Source: an uncultured Oscillospiraceae bacterium
Lineage (GTDB): Bacteria; Bacillota; Clostridia; Peptostreptococcales; Anaerovoracaceae
Assembly: GCA_964501635.1 (NCBI GenBank)
Contig: CAZCTS010000001.1
Coordinates: 2,547-42,456, forward strand
Direction of reading: 5' to 3'
Length of the DNA: 39,910 bases
Made by a program: the position numbers and the translations under genes. Positions 33,978 through 39,910 of the stretch are shown here, piece by piece; within the stretch, counting starts at the first letter, position 1; each line of letters starts with the position of its first letter. The notes under the pieces were generated by a model that worked only from the letters and a program-made list of their open reading frames with translations, made no database searches and was not told the origin of the DNA.

Positions 33978-34448
33978 ATGAAGATATTTGTCGTTTTTTT
34001 GGCCATCCTGCTCCTCAATGTGAGCTATTTGAGCCAGTCGGCGGACCTGGACCGGTATTCATTGCTCCAGCGCCAACTGAAGGTCCTGGCTGAAGAAGGG
34101 GCTTGCGGAGCGGCGCTGTTCCGGGATGAGGACGAATACGCTCTCGGAAGGCTGTGCGTGGACCGGCAGGCAGCGGAGGCGTATCTAGATTTTCTGCTTG
34201 CAAACCAGAGAAGCCTGACGGAGACGGATCCCTCTGCCACGGTCGAGGGGCATATAGAAGTGTTCGACGATGCGTCAGGATACGAGGACGCAGGCCGCTA
34301 CGGCATTTCCGGCGCCAGTCCCGCAGTGGTGGTGGAACTGGAATGGAGCGGAGAGGATCTGTTCCGGCTTCCCTTTGTTTCGGTCACCCGTCTTCGGCGA
34401 AGCGCCACGTATCAATGGGCCGGAGGCTTGACAAGCGCCCTCGAATAG
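33978..34448 (+). CDS. hypothetical TadF/TadE-like N-terminally anchored protein
   Basis: 156 aa, with GGTGGAG upstream. It has an N-terminal helix MKIFVVFLAILLLNVSYL. It is the last gene of the cluster. I recognise no family. Confidence 0.5.
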   Translation: MKIFVVFLAILLLNVSYLSQSADLDRYSLLQRQLKVLAEEGACGAALFRDEDEYALGRLCVDRQAAEAYLDFLLANQRSLTETDPSATVEGHIEVFDDASGYEDAGRYGISGASPAVVVELEWSGEDLFRLPFVSVTRLRRSATYQWAGGLTSALE

Positions 34449-34455
34449 TTATAAT
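34428..34455 (+). promoter_or_regulatory. consensus sigma-A promoter for the thrS leader
   Basis: TTGACA (34428-34433), a 16-nt spacer, then TATAAT (34450-34455). It is embedded in the 3' end of the preceding ORF. Confidence 0.7.
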
Positions 34456-34461
34456 GAATCT

Positions 34462-34690
34462 GTTAAATTGAAATACAAAAAAAGCGATGACGAGAAAGGC
34501 CGCATTCGCCCTGCACAAGAGAAGGACTCCCAGGCTGGAAGGGTCCGCAGGGAAATGATTGGCTCACCCTCTCCGAGCTGCACCCGAGGAGGGCTGCCGG
34601 CAGAAACTGTCGTTAAGCAAAAGAAGTATTCCGTTTGGGTGGAACCGCATTTTTGCCCCAAACACCTGAGGGTGTCTGGGGTTTTTCATT
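34462..34690 (+). promoter_or_regulatory. T-box riboswitch (threonine-specific leader of thrS)
   Basis: The stem I opening is AGCGATGACGAGAAAGG, with an AGAGA bulge (34518-34522) and a distal CTGGAAGGG loop. The T-box sequence is GGGTGGAACCGC (34637-34648). The antiterminator pairing GTTTGGG (34633-34639) with CCCAAAC (34657-34663) competes with the terminator CCCCAAACACC (34656-34666) / GGTGTCTGGGG (34671-34681) plus TTTTT. The candidate Thr specifier is ACU (34606-34608) in GAA-ACU-G. Confidence 0.8.
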
Positions 34691-34704
34691 TCAGGAGGAA
34701 GCAA

Positions 34705-36444
34705 ATGGCAAACATTCGATTCGAAACGTTGGAAGACAAGAAGGCGCTGTGGCACACATCGTCTCACATCATGGCCCACGCGGTGCAGCGTCTCTTTCCC
34801 GAGGCAAAATTCGGCATAGGTCCCGCCATCGACAACGGGTTCTACTATGATATCGATTTGGATCACAGGTTTACCGATGAAGATCTTCTGTCAATCGAAA
34901 AAGAAATGGCCGGGATCATCAAAGAGGACCTGCCTTTGGTATGCAAGGCTATGAGCAGGGACGCGGCCTTGAAATTCATGGCGGACCGGGGAGAGCCCTA
35001 CAAGGTCGAACTGATCAACGATCTGCCCCAGGACGTGCAGATCACGTTCTATGAGCAGGGCGATTTCGTGGACCTGTGCGCCGGTCCCCATCTTCCGTCC
35101 ACGGGGGGGATCAAAGCCGTCAAGCTGCTCAGCGTTGCCGGAGCCTACTGGCGGGGCAGCGAGAAGAACAAGATGCTCCAGCGGATCTACGGGATCACCT
35201 TCCCCAAGAAGTCCATGCTGGATGAATATCTGCTGAAGCTGGAGGAAGCCAAGCGGCGGGATCACCGGAAGATCGGCAAGGAAATGGACCTGTTCGCTAT
35301 TATGGACGAAGGCCCGGGTTTTCCGTTTTTCCTGCCCAGGGGGATGATCATCCGCAACCAGCTGGAAGCCTTCTGGCGCAAAGCCCACGCCGACAGAGGC
35401 TACGACGAGATCAAGACGCCTCTGATCCTGAACGAGGAACTGTGGCATACCTCCGGACACTGGGATCACTATAAAGAGAATATGTATTTTACGAAGATCG
35501 ACGACATGGATTACGCCATCAAGCCCATGAACTGCCCGGGATCCCTGCTGGCCTACAAACGCAAGATGTACAGCTACCGGGACTTTCCCATGCGGATCGC
35601 CGAGCTGGGCCAGGTGCACCGCCACGAGCTTTCGGGCGCCCTCCACGGACTGATGCGGGTGCGGACCTTTACCCAGGACGATGCGCATATCTATATGCTC
35701 CCCGAGCAGACGAAGGACGAGCTGAAAGGGGTCATCCAATTCATCGGCTACATTTATGGGATTTTCGGCTTCCATTACCGCATTGAACTGTCCACCCGGC
35801 CGGAGAACTCCATGGGCAGCGCCCAGGAATGGGAATCGGCGGAACAGGCCTTGAAGGAAGCCATGGACGAGTTGGGCATGGCGTATAAAATCAATGAAGG
35901 GGACGGCGCGTTCTACGGGCCGAAGCTGGATTTCCATCTGGAGGACAGCATCGGCAGGACCTGGCAGTGCGGCACGATCCAGCTGGATTTCCAGATGCCC
36001 CAGCGCTTTGACATCACCTATGTGGGCGCAGACGGCGAAAAGCATCGCCCCGCCATGATCCATCGGACGATCTTCGGCAGCATGGAGCGCTTTATCGGGA
36101 TCCTGATCGAACACTTCGAAGGGAAGTTCCCCCTGTGGCTGGCCCCCACGCAAGTAAAGCTGCTCACCGTAACGGAAAAATTCAACGATTTCGCCCAGGG
36201 CTTAAAAGAACAGCTGGCGGCGGAAGGCTTCCGGGTGGAACTGGACGGCCGCAACGAAAAGATCGGCTATAAAATCCGGGAAGCCCGCAACGCCAGAGAC
36301 TCCTATCTGATCGTCATCGGCGAAAAGGAAGAGGAGTCCGGGCTCTTCCCGGTCCGCTCCAGCAAGGAGGGAGAACTGGAACCCATGACGATGGAACAGT
36401 TCATCCAACGCCTGCATCGGGAGATCAACGAAAAAGCCTATTGA
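34705..36444 (+). CDS. thrS: threonine--tRNA ligase, short form lacking the N-terminal TGS domain
   Basis: Taken from ORF 34468..36444, with the start moved to ATG 34705 (AGGAGGA 5 nt upstream, immediately after the T-box terminator). Landmarks: editing-domain HTSSHIMAHAV, class II motifs FRDFPMRIAELGQVHRHE, GLMRVRTFTQDDAHIY, GAFYGPKLDF, and a C-terminal anticodon-binding domain. Confidence 0.9.
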   Translation: MANIRFETLEDKKALWHTSSHIMAHAVQRLFPEAKFGIGPAIDNGFYYDIDLDHRFTDEDLLSIEKEMAGIIKEDLPLVCKAMSRDAALKFMADRGEPYKVELINDLPQDVQITFYEQGDFVDLCAGPHLPSTGGIKAVKLLSVAGAYWRGSEKNKMLQRIYGITFPKKSMLDEYLLKLEEAKRRDHRKIGKEMDLFAIMDEGPGFPFFLPRGMIIRNQLEAFWRKAHADRGYDEIKTPLILNEELWHTSGHWDHYKENMYFTKIDDMDYAIKPMNCPGSLLAYKRKMYSYRDFPMRIAELGQVHRHELSGALHGLMRVRTFTQDDAHIYMLPEQTKDELKGVIQFIGYIYGIFGFHYRIELSTRPENSMGSAQEWESAEQALKEAMDELGMAYKINEGDGAFYGPKLDFHLEDSIGRTWQCGTIQLDFQMPQRFDITYVGADGEKHRPAMIHRTIFGSMERFIGILIEHFEGKFPLWLAPTQVKLLTVTEKFNDFAQGLKEQLAAEGFRVELDGRNEKIGYKIREARNARDSYLIVIGEKEEESGLFPVRSSKEGELEPMTMEQFIQRLHREINEKAY

Positions 36445-36474
36445 GCAGGTACGAACAGAATGGAATGCGCTGCG

Positions 36475-36507
36475 GATCCCTCCGTCCATACGGGCGGAGG
36501 GATTTCT
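36475..36507 (+). terminator. probable thrS terminator
   Basis: A hairpin ATCCCTCCG...CGGAGGGAT is followed by a weak T tract (TTTCT). Confidence 0.5.
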
Positions 36508-36591
36508 ATGCATAAAGCAGCCGCTATTCATTTATCTATGCATAATAAACATAAAATTGCAGAAAACTGTTAAATTATTCATAAAATTGGC

Positions 36592-36620
36592 TTGACAATG
36601 TATATCTATGCGTATATATT
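36592..36620 (+). promoter_or_regulatory. sigma-A-type promoter of the amino-acid ABC operon
   Basis: TTGACA (36592-36597), a 17-nt spacer, then TATATT (36615-36620), in an AT-rich intergenic region. Confidence 0.55.
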
Positions 36621-36687
36621 GTGCTCTAGATTGAATGCTCAAAACATTTCAGTAAATGAAACAGAAAACGAAAGGAAGTAAAGGCTC

Positions 36688-37440
36688 ATGAAAAAAGGAC
36701 TGGTATTATTGATGGCGGTGGCCCTGATGATCGGCGGAGCGGCCTGCGGCGGCGGGGGAACGGAGACGGCAAAGGAAGTGTTCCATGTGGGCACATCCGC
36801 CGATTATCCGCCCTACGAGTTTATCCAAATCGACGAGAGCGGAAACGAAGTTCTGGTGGGCGCCGATATGGAGCTGGCGAAAATTTTGGCCGAAAAACTG
36901 GGCAAGGAGCTGAAGATCACCAATATGAGCTTCGACGGCTTGCTGGGCAGCCTGGCCGAGGGCCAGTTCGACTGCGTGATCGCCGGCCTGACCAACGATC
37001 CGGAGCGGGAAGTGCTTTTCTCGGACAATTATTTTTCCCGGAGCCAGGTCTGCATCATCCATGTGGATTCCGCTGACGCGATCCAGTCCGTCGAGGATCT
37101 TTCCGGAAAGAAGATCGCCGGGCAGACGGGAACAGTCCAGGAGACTCTGGCCAAGGAATACGCCGGCGAATCGGCCATCGCAGTCCAGAACTTCAACGAT
37201 ATGGTCATGATGCTGCAGGGCGGGCAGCTGGACGGCATCATCTCCGACAGCGATGTGGCGGAAGGCTTTGTGGCCACCAACAGCGATCTGGCCCTGGCGC
37301 CCTTCACCATCCCCTACGAGAACGACGCAGTCGCCATCGCATTCCAGCTGGGCAACCAGGAACTCTGCGACCAGGTCAACGCGATACTGGCCGAATTGAA
37401 GGAAGACGGCACCATCGATCAGCTGATGGCCGAACAATAG
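36688..37440 (+). CDS. polar amino acid ABC transporter substrate-binding lipoprotein (family 3 SBP)
   Basis: 250 aa with a lipobox LMIGGAAC. Family 3 motifs include TSADYPPYEF, FDGLLGSLAEGQFDCVIAGLT and GQTGTVQE. Confidence 0.85.
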   Translation: MKKGLVLLMAVALMIGGAACGGGGTETAKEVFHVGTSADYPPYEFIQIDESGNEVLVGADMELAKILAEKLGKELKITNMSFDGLLGSLAEGQFDCVIAGLTNDPEREVLFSDNYFSRSQVCIIHVDSADAIQSVEDLSGKKIAGQTGTVQETLAKEYAGESAIAVQNFNDMVMMLQGGQLDGIISDSDVAEGFVATNSDLALAPFTIPYENDAVAIAFQLGNQELCDQVNAILAELKEDGTIDQLMAEQ

Positions 37441-37482
37441 AGGGGCACCGAAGCCGACCCGCTTGGGAAAGGGAGGGATCCA

Positions 37483-38172
37483 TTGCTGAGTAAAGTCATC
37501 GATATGCTCATCACCTATGCGCCTTATTTCTGGAAGGGAACGAAAGTGACCGTCATCCTTTCCTTCAACGCAGTGGTTTTGGGCGTGGTTCTGGCCGCAA
37601 CCCTGGCGTTCATGAAAATGTCCAAAAACAAGCTGGTCAGCCGCGTCGCCTCGGTCTATATCGATGTGATCCGCGGCACCCCCCTGATCGTGCAGCTCTG
37701 GATCGTCTACCTTCAGCTGTCCAAGCTGATTGCCTTTCCCGATGTGATCATCGGCGGGGTGGACATGACCCGCTACCTGCCCTGTCTGATCGCTTTGACC
37801 ATGAACAGCGGCGCCTACGTGGCCGAGATCATACGGGGCGGCATCCAGTCCGTGGAAAAAGGCCAGACGGAAGCGGCCCGAAGCCTGGGCATGACCCACT
37901 GGCTGTCCATGCGGCTGGTCATCCTGCCCCAGGCCATCCGCACGATCCTGCCGGCCATCGGCAACGAGCTGGTGACGATGATCAAAGAGACGGCCATCAT
38001 TCAGTATTTGGGGATCGCCGACATCATGTACGCCAGAAACACCGTGGCCACCATCACCTATTCGATCCTTCCCTCGTATTACGTGGCCGCCCTCATCTAC
38101 CTGGCGCTGAACATCGTTTCCACCAGAGGGATCAGGCTGTGGGAGAGGAAGCTTCAAAAGGCTTACAACTGA
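37483..38172 (+). CDS. polar amino acid ABC transporter permease (HisM/GlnP type)
   Basis: TTG 37483 follows GGGAGGG; ATG 37504 is an alternative start. The EAA loop is GQTEAARSLGMTHWLSMRLVILPQAIR, and there are five hydrophobic helices. Confidence 0.85.
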   Translation: MLSKVIDMLITYAPYFWKGTKVTVILSFNAVVLGVVLAATLAFMKMSKNKLVSRVASVYIDVIRGTPLIVQLWIVYLQLSKLIAFPDVIIGGVDMTRYLPCLIALTMNSGAYVAEIIRGGIQSVEKGQTEAARSLGMTHWLSMRLVILPQAIRTILPAIGNELVTMIKETAIIQYLGIADIMYARNTVATITYSILPSYYVAALIYLALNIVSTRGIRLWERKLQKAYN

Positions 38173-38204
38173 GGGGGCCGCTCAAGAATCAGTGTTATAT
38201 GTTC

Positions 38205-38240
38205 AATAAGATCTCCGGTCGTCCGGGGATCTTATTTTTT
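38205..38240 (+). terminator. rho-independent terminator
   Basis: AATAAGATCTCCGG-TCGT-CCGGGGATCTTATT followed by TTTT. Confidence 0.75.
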
Positions 38241-38248
38241 ATTAGGTA

Positions 38249-38278
38249 TTGACACTGTAATAGTACACATAGTACACT
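38249..38278 (+). promoter_or_regulatory. promoter with overlapping direct-repeat operator candidate for the GntR operon
   Basis: TTGACA (38249-38254), an 18-nt spacer, then TACACT (38273-38278). AGTACAC occurs twice (38262-38268 and 38271-38277), overlapping the -10 region. Confidence 0.5.
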
Positions 38279-38305
38279 AACGGAAAAGCAAAGGAGGGGA
38301 GAGCG

Positions 38306-38686
38306 ATGTTCCAACTGGATCTCAAGAGCAGAAAGTCGATTTACGAGCAGATCGTGGACAGCTGCAAGGAACTGATCGTAGCCGGCGTGCTGGCGCCCGA
38401 CGACAAGCTGCCGTCGGTGCGCGAACTGTCTGCCACGCTGACCGTCAATCCCAATACCATTCAAAAGGCATACCGGGAGCTGGAGCAGAGCGGTTGGATC
38501 TACACGGTCTCCGGGCTGGGCTGTTTCGTAAGCGGGGCCCGGCACGAGCCGGATCCGGCTCAGGTCCGGGACATCCTGGACAAGATCCGCGCGCTGGCCA
38601 GCGAATTGCTTTTCCTTGGGGTTTCGCGGGAAAAAGTGCTGCAGGATATGGAAAAGGTGATGGAAGAAAGGAGGGAGCCCAAATGA
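38306..38686 (+). CDS. GntR-family transcriptional regulator, short YtrA-like subfamily
   Basis: 126 aa with a winged HTH, SIYEQIVDSCKELIVAGVLAPDDKLPSVRELSATLTVNPNTIQKAYRELEQSGWI. The C-terminal region is short. An ABC ATPase follows, as in ytrA-type operons. Confidence 0.85.
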   Translation: MFQLDLKSRKSIYEQIVDSCKELIVAGVLAPDDKLPSVRELSATLTVNPNTIQKAYRELEQSGWIYTVSGLGCFVSGARHEPDPAQVRDILDKIRALASELLFLGVSREKVLQDMEKVMEERREPK

Positions 38687-39579
38687 TACAAGTGAAGGGC
38701 CTCTGCAAGAATTTCGACGATTTTACCGCTCTCTCGGACCTGAACGTCCACGTGGAAACCGGATCGATCTACGGTTTGATCGGCGTAAACGGCTCGGGGA
38801 AAACCACCCTGATCAAGCATTTGACCGGCGTCTTTCTGCCCGACGCGGGGACTGTGGAGTTTGACGGCCAGAGCATCTTCGAAAACATCGGAATCAAGGA
38901 GCGGCTGGGCTATATCCCCGACGATCTCTTTTTCTTTAACTCTTACAATATCCGGGACATGGCCGGTTTTTACCGCAGGATCTATCCCCGCTGGAACGAG
39001 GAGCGCTACAAGACCATGCTGGCGGAGTTCGGGCTTTCAGAACGGCGCCGGATCAGCAAGTTTTCCAAAGGCATGCAGAAGCAGGCGGCCTTCCTGCTGA
39101 CCATGAGCGCCATGCCCGATTATCTGATCCTGGACGAGCCCATCGACGGCCTGGATCCCATCATTCGAAAGCGGGTCTGGCACTACGTGGTGTCCGATGT
39201 GGCCGAGCGGCGGATGACCGTTCTGGTGTCCTCCCACAACCTTCGGGAAATGGAAGGGATCTGCGATTTCATCGGCATCCTTTCCGGGGGCCGCATGGTG
39301 ATCGAGCGGGATCTGGAGGAACTGAAGTCGGATATCCACAAAGTGCAGGTCGCCTATCGGGACCAGCGGGAGCCCTCGTATCCGGAGTTGAACATCCTGC
39401 ACCGGGAGAGGCGGGGGAGCGTGGAGCTGCTGATCGTCCGAAACCCCGGGGAATTGGTGAAGTCGGCCATCGAAAAAGAAGGCCCTGCGGTCATGGACAT
39501 CCTGCCCCTGTCCCTGGAAGAAATATTCATTTATGAAATGGGAGGTGAAAACAGTGAGATCCAAAGCATATTATTCTAA
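38683..39579 (+). CDS. ABC transporter ATP-binding protein
   Basis: ATG 38683 overlaps the GntR stop (ATGA). Walker A is GVNGSGKTT, the signature-like motif is FSKGMQKQ, and Walker B is LILDEPIDGLD. Confidence 0.85.
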   Translation: MIQVKGLCKNFDDFTALSDLNVHVETGSIYGLIGVNGSGKTTLIKHLTGVFLPDAGTVEFDGQSIFENIGIKERLGYIPDDLFFFNSYNIRDMAGFYRRIYPRWNEERYKTMLAEFGLSERRRISKFSKGMQKQAAFLLTMSAMPDYLILDEPIDGLDPIIRKRVWHYVVSDVAERRMTVLVSSHNLREMEGICDFIGILSGGRMVIERDLEELKSDIHKVQVAYRDQREPSYPELNILHRERRGSVELLIVRNPGELVKSAIEKEGPAVMDILPLSLEEIFIYEMGGENSEIQSILF

Positions 39580-39910
39580 CTTGTTCTCTGCTCCCCTCGC
39601 ATGGGAAAACCTGAAGCGCTTCTGGACCATCGCGGTGGTGGGACTGTTGGTTTACCTCCTTTCCGGCGCTTTTCCGCTCCTCCTGTCCTACGACCGGATC
39701 CAATCCTCTCTGGTGGAAGGGATGCTGCGAAACCAAAATCCAGGCTATATGGCGGCCCATCTCTTTCTGGCCATCTCTGCGGCCCTGGCCGTGTTCCGCT
39801 ATCTGCAGAGCACCGGCAGCGCCAGCGTGATGCACGCCATGCCTTTTTCCCGGAAGGGACTGTATCTGTCCTCCTACGGGTCCGGCCTGCTGCTGGCCTA
39901 TGCCCCGGCC
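39554..39910 (+). CDS. ABC-2-type transporter permease, partial (continues beyond window)
   Basis: My own translation from GTG 39554 (GGAGGTG 6 nt upstream) reads RSKAYYSNLFSAPLAWENLKRFWTIAVVGLLVYLLSGAFPLLLSY.... It is open to the window end and overlaps the ATPase 3' end by 26 nt. Confidence 0.6.
   Translation, partial: MRSKAYYSNLFSAPLAWENLKRFWTIAVVGLLVYLLSGAFPLLLSYDRIQSSLVEGMLRNQNPGYMAAHLFLAISAALAVFRYLQSTGSASVMHAMPFSRKGLYLSSYGSGLLLAYAPA

Noticed and set aside
28685-34448. The Tad-like locus as part of a prophage, ICE or genomic island, or alternatively as a SpoIIIA-type sporulation channel operon.
   Set aside because: No integrase, recombinase, relaxase, phage structural gene or flanking direct repeat is visible. 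The nearest tRNA genes are 16 kb away, and composition looks like the neighbouring core genes. SpoIIIA operons lack CpaB-like and ParA-like genes, have a much shorter ATPase and have a different downstream gene set. This exclusion is by eye only.
34468-34704. An in-frame 79-codon N-terminal extension of thrS offered by the ORF track.
   Set aside because: The region contains the T-box leader, including its terminator hairpin and T tract. The extension has no TGS-like sequence, and a strong RBS precedes ATG 34705.
34891-38157. Long minus-strand ORFs opposite thrS (34891..36153, 420 aa) and opposite the ABC SBP and permease genes (36706..38157, 483 aa).
   Set aside because: Both lie antisense to strongly motif-supported genes. 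They have no RBS context and no recognisable domains.
1-39910. A window-wide scan for CRISPR arrays, IS elements or transposases, rRNA genes, toxin-antitoxin pairs and known defence-system hallmarks.
   Set aside because: I found no regularly spaced direct repeats, terminal inverted repeats with a transposase ORF, or recognisable defence genes. The only repeats seen are the short promoter-proximal motifs reported above.

Overview
This looks like a chromosomal segment from a GC-rich Firmicute, most likely a Clostridia or Oscillospiraceae-like anaerobe; that assignment is inferred from gene content, RBS style and tRNA sequences. Coding density is high and many genes are translationally coupled. 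I support about 45 CDS, a five-gene tRNA cluster (Met-Asp-His-Gln-Cys on the minus strand), one T-box riboswitch, and several promoters and terminators. From left to right the content is: an amidohydrolase plus MFS pair; a GNAT; a minus-strand operon of DUF445-like, CBS-pair and polytopic membrane proteins; a UPF0316 protein; a four-gene envelope glycan-modification operon (PIG-L deacetylase, GT2-GtrA fusion, phosphodiester glycosidase, unknown protein); the tRNA cluster; a nucleoside or MTA-type salvage neighbourhood (amidohydrolase, amidinotransferase-fold enzyme, PunA-type PNP, MtaD-type deaminase, MtnA/eIF2B-like isomerase, FAH-family protein) interrupted by a secreted barnase homologue; an M20 peptidase; a biotin-dependent Na+-pump decarboxylase locus that carries two different carboxyltransferases; RidA; NfnAB; a nine-gene, highly diverged Tad/Flp-like apparatus; T-box-controlled thrS; an amino-acid ABC binding protein plus permease; and a GntR(YtrA-like)-ABC operon. 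The best candidate for an undescribed system is the Tad-like locus at 28.7-34.4 kb. It has no prepilin peptidase and no secretin. Both of its NTPases have atypical P-loops. Its four putative pilin or pseudopilin genes lack the canonical G/xxxxE leader and start directly with MK(Q/I)-hydrophobic helix. I saw no CRISPR array, IS element, integrase or rRNA gene. All family assignments come from reading motifs by eye and need HMM or structure searches to confirm.
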